64,000 nucleotides of DNA from Phoronis australis (lineage: Eukaryota; Animalia; Phoronida): the NCBI GenBank assembly GCA_002633005.1, contig NMRA01000016.1, forward strand, positions 285,396 through 349,395, in the 5' to 3' direction. Of the stretch, positions 26,745-38,130 are shown piece by piece. The translations under genes and the position numbers were made by a program. Position 1 is the first letter of the stretch; each line of letters begins with the position of its first letter. Below the pieces are notes generated by a model. It searched no databases. It was given only the letters and a program-made list of their open reading frames with translations, and had not been told where the DNA came from.

Positions 26745-28320
26745 CTGTAAGAATGCAACAGTAGAAATCAGTGAAATGCTAATGGTTATTTCCTGAAACG
26801 CCAAAGTGCTCTCTCTGATTTTATAGTATTAGCTGTGTGTCCATAGCACATTTTCTGCAGTTGCATACTGCTGCCCTGTGTACTACCATAATCACTAGTT
26901 AGAACTGAGATAAGTCTGCCACTGCCATTCTGATGCCAACAACATTTTCCGTTGCTCAGCACGTTGTTATGCAAATATTAAAACTTTGAAAGCTGGTTCT
27001 GGCATAATAAGTCATTCAACAATGCAATCGCATTGTGACTGACTGTTGCAAGCAGCTAGCACAACCACTACTGTGGAGACAGTCAAAATTTCTGAGCAAA
27101 CTGCAAGTGTTTATGCCGCAAACATACACCAAGGAGTTGCCTGACAAAACACAATATTTGTTTATACTTTTTGTGCTAGATTGATAGATTAACCTATTCA
27201 AGTCAGTGATAATAGTGTGCCAAGTATATAGTTCCAGAAGATTATGTAACGGCCATCTTGCGTTAAACTTACTGGGCTTGGAAGTGTGTGACCAGTCCTA
27301 TGGCCTACATCCACAATTCAATGGATCTGGTTCATAATTCATTCCAGTTAAAAAATGCCAAAATTTTACCATAAATCACCTAATTGCTACTAAGCCATGA
27401 CCAGACATTTGAAATACAAAGGTTCTCAAAATGTTATGATAACTCAGCCCACTACTCTGACACTTAACTGTCCATTGTTCTAAATACATGAAAAGCTCCA
27501 TTTAAAATTTGAACTGTTTGACCCAGCTTTGGCAAGTTTCCACCACAATGGTTGAAACATTGTGGCATAATGGAATTTATTTTTGCTGCAGAAATGACAG
27601 TGACACACTCAGCTAGTGTGAATGATGCCTTTGGTATGTGAATTACCAGATAGTATAGTGCCGTTTTCACTTACAAATTTGATACGGATCAGCTGACACA
27701 GAACAAGTTGCTCCAATGTGTTAACGGACTGACACGGCCCAAATTGACACCGCAGTGACAAATTTTTGCCACCCGTTTGTGAGGTAGAATAATTTGCGCC
27801 AGAACATCTTGTACTGTGTCAATTAAAAGTCTAAACGCGAAACTGGAGTAAGGCGGAAAGGATCATCTCTACTGCGCTTGTGCAATGACCTACATACGGG
27901 TTCTTTGTCTCTGCAACTCTTGTCATTTGTAAACCTGCACATGTGCGATCCAGTTTCTCCAGCCTTTAATTTCCGTCTTGCCACTGTTAGTGAGTTGTGT
28001 GTGTAAACGGCCGCTTGACACGGGTCAATTTGCTCCGTGTCAGTTGTGACGGGCAAAAAGTTGAAGTCTAAACGGGACCTAAGTCTAAAACCTGAGAACA
28101 CCATGTTTGGATTGATACTAAACCTGCTAATTACAGTAAACAACATAAATTACTCCTGGATACAAGTCATACCAAATATTACCAAAGTGCCAACATATAA
28201 AAAATCATTTAAAGCAGAATACACAAACTATACCTTGTGGAAACATGTTCCTGTCACTTAGAAAACCATCTCATCTGAGCAAATGACAAAACTGATGACA
28301 TTTCTTTAGCACTAAGATTT

Positions 28321-28380
28321 TTACATAACACAGTCGCATACATCTAGTTATGTAAACAAACCTAGAGGGAAATTACATAA
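28321..28380. promoter_or_regulatory. Triple D-box cluster, intron 1
   Basis: TTACATAA 28321, TTATGTAA 28348, TTACATAA 28373. Confidence 0.7.
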
Positions 28381-29583
28381 CTGATTCTTACTTTTTTCAT
28401 AAAAATACGTAAAAATTATGACTTAATATTGACAACTTCTGAGATTCACAGTTTACCAAAAAGATAACAATTTCCATGACTGATCATGTCATATTTTTTT
28501 CTGAAAAAAGGATTTATACATATATTCACAAGACATTGTTAATGACACACACAGACAGCTGCCTAAGTTGTTTCTGTCTGGTCTTGGAATCAATAAAAAA
28601 GTAGTTGTCACTGGGTGACCAGCAAGGAACTGACACTGTTTTCAATTCTGCCAATTTCAGTGGTCAAATTAGTTAAGTTGTCATATGTACCTTACGTGAA
28701 ACTGATCAGCCTTTCTTGGAACATCATTTTCGATGCAGTGTTGACGCCTATCACGTTCTCAACTTGGGCATTTCAAGCATTTGGGCACTGATTTATTAAT
28801 TACTCGGGAAGAGGAAATCCTTAACTTGCAACATCTCATGTAAAATGCACTTCTCCCATTGAAAAGCATGTCAAGTTAACACCATACAAATTCATAAACA
28901 ACACTACACTGTGCAACGGGGCGGACTTTCGCTTTAGAAATGTTATTTTTCATGACCAGGCTGGAGGACTTCCTATTTTTTGAATGAACAGCAAACAGGG
29001 TCGCGCCGCACGTTACACTTGTTTGCGTGACTTTCCTGTTACCCCAATTCATTAGTCATTCTTTGCAGTATTTCACACCCGCCGTGTCTCACTGTGTGTG
29101 CCGTCAGCTTATACTCTGTGGTGGCATTACTGCGTCATTTTATCTTCACTTGAGAATGAAACAAGTATGTTTCGATATATCGTGTGTCTTTTAATTATGT
29201 CGCTAGGTCAGTTACTGTATCTATGTTCAGTTGAGAGTAGAGTTTTATTCAGAAAGTATGAACGCAACGGAATAAAGACCGTGAACAATGAAAAGTGTCG
29301 TGCATTTAACAAATTCTGTATAACAGAAAACTTGCTCCCGAAGTACAGACATATTGATGAAGCATGTGCGTAAAATCTTGCATTACTAGAACCAAGTCGA
29401 AATAGAAGCAAAAGGTATACAGTTTCTACTTTTTAGCATTCGTAACATAATTGTTTTAAGCTCAATGAATAGTGTAGTTTTATTCATATTAATTATGAGA
29501 CAAGTGTTATTTCACCATTTTTTCCTATACTTTTTCAAAGGTGTACATTCATTCAGTTTAGTAACAAGGCTACAAATGTGGGC

Positions 29584-30020
29584 AGTGGCAGATTTAGGGG
29601 GGACAAGGGGACCATGGCCCCCCTAAAATTCTCCCAGATACCATTTGGCAGTTCGGGGTGCAAATTGCTTTCTAGCATATATGCGTGCACGCAGGGGGCT
29701 CGGGGGCGAATGCACAATGCATAGTCCTTGAGCAAAACCCCTTTACCTTTTTTAGTAATAAGGTCCACAAACCCAAAAATTCTAGACCCCTGCATCCCTA
29801 CATTGTAGGCTGGCGAAATTTTGGTTAAAAACCGGACGATCGCCGCATAAATTAAAGTTCATGCTAAATCAACGCTTCGTCAATTTAACATGAACTTTTT
29901 TATTTGTGCAGCGATCGTCCGTTTTTTAATCTTGCTGTGGCCAAAAATTGATTTTATTAGAAATTCTGGTTATTCCTGTGCCCTGACCCCCGTTAACTCA
30001 AAATCCTAGATCCGCCCCTG
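29584..30020. mobile_element. Non-autonomous hAT-like element with internal 105-bp hairpin
   Basis: Termini CAGTGGCAGATTTAG / CTAGATCCGCCCCTG, the same TIR family as 34800/39089 and 48232-48245; palindrome about 29825-29930. Confidence 0.6.
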
Positions 30021-30513
30021 GTTCTTGAGCTGGGTGACTTGTCTTTTATGCTTACAAAATTTCAGCATATTCATTGATTTACTGCTATTGCACATGCGGC
30101 AGTTTATGGAAGTAGGCTACTAGTTACTACACCACATAGACTGATGGCACTTATGCACAACATAGCCTGGGCAAAGGGACGGTATATTGCCTAGGCTAGG
30201 CCTAGCCCTAGGCTAGGCCTAGGGACGATGAAGGGGGAAGGTGATAAAAAGCCTCGAAAAGGGGGTCACAAGAAAAATCATGCTGATGTGACGGTTCCTG
30301 ACTTAAAAGCAAGTAGCTTCAACCGATTAAAAGTCGTTGAGTATTATGCTTAGAGTAACTGGATATTTTAACTACCAAAAATCCCGCACCGCAGAAGCGA
30401 ACGTTAAACAAATCGCCATTAATTGTCCACCCTTCCGCAAGAACCAATGTGCCCGAGAAGTTTACTCGCTATTTCACGATAGCCCGCTCAAATGAGATCA
30501 GCGGCATCCTTAC

Positions 30514-30595
30514 CAACATCCCCATTCGGAGGCGTCACCAACAAGTCGGGCTTTTCCAGAAGATCTCGAAGAGAGAAGTGCGGATTGGTGGACAT
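30514..30595 (-). CDS. HLF: PAR-bZIP transcription factor (HLF/TEF/DBP/Pdp1-like), coding exon 1
   Basis: Not in ORF track. ATG at 30595 gives MSTNPHFSLRDLLEKPDLLVTPPNGDV(G), resembling the HLF/TEF N-terminal LRSLLENP motif. Phase-1 donor G|GTAAGG is in frame with the next exon. Symbol indicates family, not strict orthology. Confidence 0.85.
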
Positions 30596-30689
30596 TTCTT
30601 GGATCGAAAATTTTCAACAATATTTCACTCCATCAGTCCCTCAAAAGTTGCTATCGATAAACAGTGTTAACAGGAGAGCGTCGATCGCG

Positions 30690-31100
30690 CGTTTTGATTG
30701 GCTGCTTCACTGACCTTGTTAAGAAATAGGTTACTTCGTACGGTTGCACCAAGAAACTTATGTAAGTAATTTCATTGGCTCGAATAAATATAAAGGGGGA
30801 CAGATATTACGTTAGTCTCACCGAGACTTTTATCAGTGTTCAAATCTTTCATACAGCATTAGTGTCGACAACAGATTAATTTCTACATTTATTTGTGCCA
30901 GTGTAAAGCTTGTAAAGCCTACAAATCAGCAGAAAGTGAAATTGCGGCAGCTGTGGTGAGTCTATATTTACCTCCCTAAAACTAATGGGAGACCCGATAT
31001 AAGTATTACGGTAACGTGATTTCACGTGACCCACTAAAAATGATGCAACGAACAGTTGTCCGGATGTAAACTTGGCCCAGGGCCCGCACTATGACGTCAC
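30690..31100. promoter_or_regulatory. PAR-bZIP proximal promoter: CCAAT x2, D-box, TATA (+), E'/E-box pair, CRE
   Basis: ATTGG near 30698 and at 30774, TTATGTAA 30758-30765, TATAAA 30789-30794, AACGTG 31013-31018, CACGTG 31023-31028, TGACGTCA 31092-31099; 100-500 bp upstream of the ATG. Confidence 0.75.
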
Positions 31101-33031
31101 TGATATGTTGTGAAGCAACCATAGGGTCTGAGGAGACACTGCCAGAGCGGCCTCGATAATGATAGATCAGTCAGAGGGTGTCCGGCACATTTTCTAAGGT
31201 GGGCTCATTCATTCCAGCCCACTTCACTACCGGGAATTTTCGGAAATGGCCCACCCAAAAGTATACGTCCATGCGCGCTTCGTAAAATTTTCCAAAAGTA
31301 CGCCCGCCACTAGGCGGTATTTTTTCGCAACTGTTGGCATATGTTCTGAAAATCTGATTGATTGCTCTGAAATACCTAGGCCCCACGGCCTAATACATGT
31401 AAATGTTTTCAATGTAAAATGGTGTTTATATTGACAAGACAACTGTGCTTTAATTGGAATCGCAATTTCACTCAGATGACTATTGATCAGTGCCGGACTT
31501 TGATCGATGGTTACTAGTAGTAACCGCTATGATAAGAGGCTTTCGGAGGCCCACTTTACGGCGGCACCGGGAGTGGCCTTCAGAATGCGATCACACCGGT
31601 ATGCAATCGTTTCTTCCTATGTGGGGGCCTCTACTTTCCTAAATCTCACCCTCATGGCTGGGTGGAGAGAACTGTAACGGGCGCGTACTAGCCCGGTGGG
31701 GACGTTTTGTTCGATAATTCGGCGCGAATGCCCCCGAGAAAAGTCGGGCCACCGGCCGGCGTTGGCGACAACTTGCTGGCGGTTCTTTTCAGCTCCGTTT
31801 GTGGGATCCGCACGGGGTCCAATATGCACCCAAATTTTATGTCAGCCCAACAATAATGCCAGGTGATTCTAAAAGTTCACTTCCACCGTGAGGCGTAACT
31901 AATGAGCAGTCTCTACTTATTCGTGCACGCCGAAGAATCGATTTGGTTCGTTCCCAGCTCTGAGAAGGGATTAAATTGCAGAGATGCATCCACTGAGGTG
32001 GCCATTGTGGAGTTGCACCATGCAATGAAGATGACATGGACAAAAAAAGTACCCGCAATAAGCGGCGAGGGGAAAAAATCACCGAGGAAGGGCCACCCGA
32101 ATAAGGAGTTCAAATTCTTGTGGACAAGCATTCAGTATAGCTGCAGCGACTGACCCCCCGCGTCGGATATTCGATCTGCGCTGCTTGCTGACACTAGACG
32201 ACGGTTAGATATTGCACCATAACTCCCGTACTGGCCGGGTCCGTTGACGTGCGGCCTTTTTGGTCGTCAACACATGTTTGCTTGTTGAATGATGCTGTTT
32301 TACTCCTCGGGGTTGCAATACCCGAGTCACGGATCAGTATTCACTCTTGACTTGGTATTCATTGTTTTTCTGGTGGTGGTCTTAGGGGAGGTTGTCCCCT
32401 GCACCCCTGCGCCCCTTAATTGATCCGCCTGTGTTACACGCCATTTTGTCGCCGAATAAGTGAGAGAGAGTCCTGTGTTGAAGCCAATGAGACAAAAAGC
32501 TATAGAGCTATAGCGTAAATACAGGGATGGATCCAAGATTTTTAGTTGGGGGGGGGGGGCCGGGGCAGGGCATAATGATTAGCCAGGATTTTGCTCGTCC
32601 GACATTCGCATCCCCCAATTGCCAAATGTAATCTGTTAGTGTTACACCGGCCTCTTTTTCCACAAATACGCCCGGGCGTATATTTTGTTTCATTTGACGT
32701 TTTTGAAAGGAGTGGATTCCGAATATCGCCCATGGAACTAGTTCGGAAATCCCCGGTAACTCAAAACAGCGCCGCAGGCCAGAGGGTCAGTTACTGATAA
32801 AAATGAACTTAGAGAAAACCACGGCACCTCAGAGTCAACAAACCAGAGAATAGAAAGATGCTAAAATGTGGTAACATAATCAGTGTTGGGCCTTTGAAAA
32901 CCCCGCATGAAACTTGAGTGCATTGATCCAGGGATTGCCGCCGGGGATGAGGGCGGGGTAAAGAGAGTAATGATTGCCCACCTCCAACAAATGAGGTGTG
33001 AGCCCCATGTAGGAATTTATTAACAAATCCC

Positions 33032-33032
<1 letters not shown>

Positions 33033-33117
<85 letters not shown>
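33033..33117. repeat. Compound microsatellite (TA)n(TGTATA)n
   Basis: Directly visible. Confidence 0.97.
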
Positions 33118-36100
33118 TCAAATATCTACAAAAATACATTATAGACAGATTTAATTAGGCCTTCTTTTTGAAAGGAGAAATACACGGATTTACTTGGATT
33201 TAAACCAAAACTGGGTCACGTGGCCAGAACTGAAATCCGATACACGAAAGTGATCTACGAGATTTCACGGGACACGCTGCGATAGCCGGTTGGCATGACA
33301 GTGAATTTCCGTTTGTCAAGGCGCTCGACTGACTTTTAATGGAACGTTGAATTTATCAAATCAAGCCTAATTTTATTGCTTCATCTTCGTTTTTGATTTT
33401 TGTTCATAACGGAACCAACAAGCGTGACTTTGGACAAATAGGTCCAGACAATAAGCGACTTCTCGGAAAAATTAGTCACCAAACCCTTCAATTATACTGG
33501 TCATTCTCTACACGCACCGACCTGTGGCCCTCACCTTCTCCTCAGCTCCACTCGCATGCCAGGAGTTTTTCAACAAGACATTTTTCTGTGTTAAAATCAT
33601 GTTGCAGTATTGACAAAAAAGTGACACTCGGTTTCATAGTGTTTGTTTAGCAAAAGCTTACTTACAACTTTCGAGAAACTATTAGTGTATTTACTTGCGA
33701 AGCTAAGTGTGTTTGTACGTGAATGATAATTCGATTTCTATACAGCAGCGTTATTTGTCTAAGTTCGTGAAATCAAATTAAAAAACGAAAAGTATGCCTT
33801 GTAAAAGAATCCAACCCAATGCTTTGTATTATCGACAGCGTACACGTATTTGCAAGCTCTACCTAGTCATCAAAAATTATAACAAAACAAACAGATAAGA
33901 CATTTGATAAAACGTCAATAGCTCATAAATTTAACAATTTCTTCATACATATTGGCCGATCGTTAGTTAACCAATTACCAACCAATGCTCCCTCTACTTT
34001 TGACTCTTTCTTACCCAATAAGCTAACAAAACATAAATTTCAAACTGTAAATGCACTCCAGTCACTGGCGCTACCATCATCAACCAATGTTTTGACACGG
34101 GTTGTTTTCCAACTAATAAAATTGCTAAAGATATGGTTATATAAAACGAAAATGACTCAAGTGAACATAATATTAACAACTGCAGGCCTATCTCTCTACT
34201 TCCCGCCTTCTCAAAATTATTTGAACAAATTGCCCAAACAACCTGTAATGCATCACATAAATATGGTTTTCAGAAAATTAAGATCCACAGAATTTGCAAA
34301 ATTCGAATTAACTAACAGAATTAACGGGTATATGAACAAAGAGACCAAACCAACAACCTCTCCTGTTCCACCAAAAATATTCAAAAAAAAACAAAAACCG
34401 CCAACAGGGGGCTTCTGGATCTTGTGGCATCCGTAATCTCCCGTTCGACAAAAAATAAACACTGTCGGAACGTTTTTGTGCTTTGCGGCAAACATTCCAC
34501 CCTTCTTTTTGGAAAGACTACATGTCCCTCTTTTTATTCGAAAGTCTCGCTTTTCAATCCAGTTTTCTAGATTTTTCTTTCATTTTCGAATGTTGACAAA
34601 TACGCAACAGGTGTTCCAAATTTGTGTAATCGTCATGATTTCTGTTACTTTCAAGAGACCAATTTCTTTAGTAACACAACAAATGTAAAACTGAGTTCCA
34701 ATGTTTCTTGTTTACGGTAACTCACTAAATGTATCTCTACCACTAATTTTTTCTTAGTGAAGAAATGAGTTTGTCGGTAAACAAACATTTGAATGGAGTC
34801 AGTGGCGGATNTCCAGAAAAACAAAAACAACACCGCTAGCGTGTGTAAACCCCAAGTAAACCAACTTGGGGGGGGGGGGGGTTCACTCTGAAAATGTAAT
34901 TTTTTGCATTGTGAATTGCTGAGTCTTCGTGGCTCATAGGCAAAACGCGTGGAGATCAATTGTGCGCTCGCTTAAGTCGACACTTCTGAAGTAGCCAAGC
35001 ATTTTAGATGTATCCACCGCTGAAAGAGCAGTTCTATAGCTGATTTCTTTATGTAACTAGCTTCTTTACTCTAAGATATGTTTTGAACTGATTAGGGGAA
35101 ATGCTGTGGTGCCGCAACCCTGATATTTATGCGAATTGACGTGCATCGTTTTTACCTCATCTGTCATGCCGTGTCATTCTATTACACTCCACACGTTTGT
35201 AACTGATGTATAGTAAAGTTGTCTTGCGCAATATCATACAGTGTACATGTACAAGTAATATTTTTGAAAAAAAAAATCGTTTTCAGAAGAATTGTTATTG
35301 TGGTGGGCGCCGTGGTCTGGTCGCGAGTCCGTTTGAAGATGCACTCTAAGAAGTTATGTCTATACAAGGAATGACCAAGGGGGGACTAACATTAACAAAG
35401 TGACCGCATTAGCAAACAATGTACAGTACCAGAAATTGCGGGGAGGCTGTTATTTCACAATAAAGTCTTGCGGGACTCGTGCGATGTTCAATAGACCTAC
35501 TAAGGTGCCTTAATTCCGATCTCAACACCTACCGTCTTTCTAGCTGCAATAAGCACACTGCCGTCTTCTATACTGGGAATTTCCGCAGAAAGGCCCACCC
35601 AATGAAACGCTCATGCCCATGGGCATTTATTTGATGTTAGTACTTCGGGTTTCAAGCGTTCAGACATTGGGACGCTTATTTCGAAAATTGCAAGAGATGC
35701 AAATAGGTCCTGGGATACATCGTCAAGGTTTGAAGTAGTCCATGATGAACGGATCAAATTTAGTTGCGCACTGTAAGTCTTTTGAATGGACTTGGCAACC
35801 TCAGGGGGCTTAATGCCAACTGAGCTGCGAAACGAGATGCTGACATTGTAGAGGCTTACAAGCTCATTGACACAGCAATTGACGAAGTGCGATGGAAGAT
35901 ATTTGGGTAGAATGGTTCCAAGACAAGCAAACCATTGGATCCAATATACAGATTCCTCGGCAGTCTAGACAAAAGAAGAATAAGACTAATGTATGAATAA
36001 CCACTGGGGATTAAAATGTGTCTAGAGAGAAGTTTTCAATTCAAAATGATTTGCATAGTACACTTTAAGTCTCGCGACGGACCAGGCCAGCTTGATGTGT

Positions 36101-36479
36101 GTAGATGTTGAGTTTCAGTGTACTTCTGGTCCCTCGGCGAACTAGTCTTATAATTTTTTTACCAAAGTGTGCTTTGTAAAACTATTTATCTCAGCCAGGA
36201 CTGTTTGGTCCCGCGACAGATCGACTATTTTTATAGGGATAATAAGCACAGGTGTACTCTTGGTCTCGTGACGGACCAGGTCAGCCTTTTTGTGTACTCT
36301 CAGAGTAGATGTGGTCCCTCTGCAAACTAGTTCAGTATATCTTTTCACCACTGTGCACAGGATGTTTTGGTTTGGTGAAACTGTTTTCATGTGATTTGTT
36401 TCCTGAAACATTTGATGTTTTTCAATTGTTGTCAACGTGATTCAGCTTAATAACGTGATACTTTGGTCTACTAAACTTC

Positions 36480-38130
36480 GCCTGCTCCGTCATCGTGCCC
36501 GGCCGCGCCTTCCTGCGCCGACTGATCAACCTCAACATCGGCGTTTCAACTTGAGACCAGACCACTTTGTCACTCTCAATAAAGAAGCCAGAGCGGACCT
36601 TCGGGCTTGGTCCATCTTTCTCCGAGGCTTCAATGGGAAAACACTGTTCCTATTCGACGAGTGGACATCTTCAGACACCATCAAACTGTACTCTGATGCT
36701 GCGGGCTCCAACGGGGGTTTTGCTGCGACATTGGGAGCCTCCTGGNCATAGCGCTAGAGCTGTGGGGTTCAAAACTCGCCAACCACAAGATCCTCTTCCT
36801 GTGCGACAACCGTGGCGTCGTTGACATTATCAACAAGACCTCCTCCCGCCACGCCCCCATTATGTCTTGTTCGTCGTCTGGTCATCTCCGCTCTTACCTT
36901 TAATGTTCATTTTCGGGCAAAACATATCCCCGGCTACACTAACATCATCGCTGATACACTTTCTCGTTTCAACTTTCAGGTCGCCTTTTCCCAGGGTTCT
37001 TGGCTCAGCCCTCATCCGACAGGCGATCCCGCCGCACCTCCTGACAGAGTGACCAGACTGCTCCGGGCTTCCCGGGCCCCCTCCACTCTTCAGTCGTACG
37101 CCCGCATCCTGCATAACCTCGCACAGTTTCACCTCTCCTCCAACAACTCTCCGCTCACCTTGCCCATTAATACCTCTTTCCTGGCCCACTACATCTCTCA
37201 TCTCTTCGTATCTGGCCTTAGTAGCTCGTCTATCCAGTCCTATGTCTCTGCCATTAGTTTTGTTCACAAGCTTGGCAACCTCCCTGACCCCACTTCCTCC
37301 TTTTTCATCAAAAAATCCTCAAAGGCGCTTCAGTCCAATCTGCGCCCTTCTTCTGACGCACGCATGCCCATTACTTCCGCTTTGCTTCACAGCTTGTTTG
37401 ACGCCCGCCCTTCTGCACTCGGCTCTTTTGCCGACTCGGTTCTCGCACGTGCTATGTTCCTCGTGGCCTTCCATGCCTTCCTCAGGGTCGGTGAATTCAG
37501 AGTCACCTCCTCTCTCTCCTCCCATGCCATACAGGTCAGCGACGTCGTTTTCCCCCCTCTGGCGATTCTGTGGTCATCACTATGCGTACCTTCAAGCACA
37601 GCTCGGGACCAGTCTCACTTACAATTCCGTCCAGCCAGTCTCCCCATTGCCCAGTAGCTGCCCTAACCTTGTACTTGTGTACTTTTCAACCCTCTCCTGG
37701 CCCCTTGTTCCAACACCTCAGTGGATCACCGGTTACACGTTCGTGCTTCAACTCCATGTTAATTAAACTGGATTCCTTTGTAGGACTCGACACCAAGTCT
37801 TATACGTCACATAGCTTTCGCATTGGCGCCGCCACCTCTGCGGCCAGCCGTGGCGTCCCTGAACCGGTGATCCAGCGCATAGGGCGCTGGAAATCTGACG
37901 CAGTAAAAAACTACATTCGCATGTCTGCTTTTTCTCTTCCCCGGGCTTCTTGAACTCCTGGTGAGCCTGTTGTTGCAGCTCCCCACTTCTCTCACTTTGC
38001 TTTTCAGCCCCTCCCACTCCTCTGGGTCTGTGGTTTCAGCCCCCTAGGTCAGGTCTGTTGTTGCAGCCGGCCTCCTCCCGTTCGCAGGTCTGTTGTTGCA
38101 GCCTGTGGCCCAAGGTCTGTTTTTGCAGGC
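36480..38130 (+). mobile_element. 5'-truncated DIRS/Ngaro-type tyrosine-recombinase retrotransposon
   Basis: RT end/RNase H (FLRGFNGK...LYSDAAGS...HIPGYTNIIADTLSR) followed by YR (AFHAFLRVGEF; HSFRIGAAT...IGRWKSDAVKNYIR); frameshifts; strong C/T skew. Confidence 0.92.
37040..37953 (+). pseudogene. Frameshifted tyrosine recombinase of the DIRS-like element
   Basis: R-HxxR-W-Y catalytic residues are split across ORFs 36812-37657 and 37570-37953. Confidence 0.85.

Noticed and set aside
36812-37953. Phage integrase / horizontal transfer from bacteria
   Set aside because: The YR is directly preceded by RT/RNase H in DIRS order, so it is a native retroelement.
37967-38130. CRISPR-like spaced repeats next to an integrase
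   Set aside because: 13-18 bp units, irregular spacers, no cas genes, eukaryotic DIRS context.
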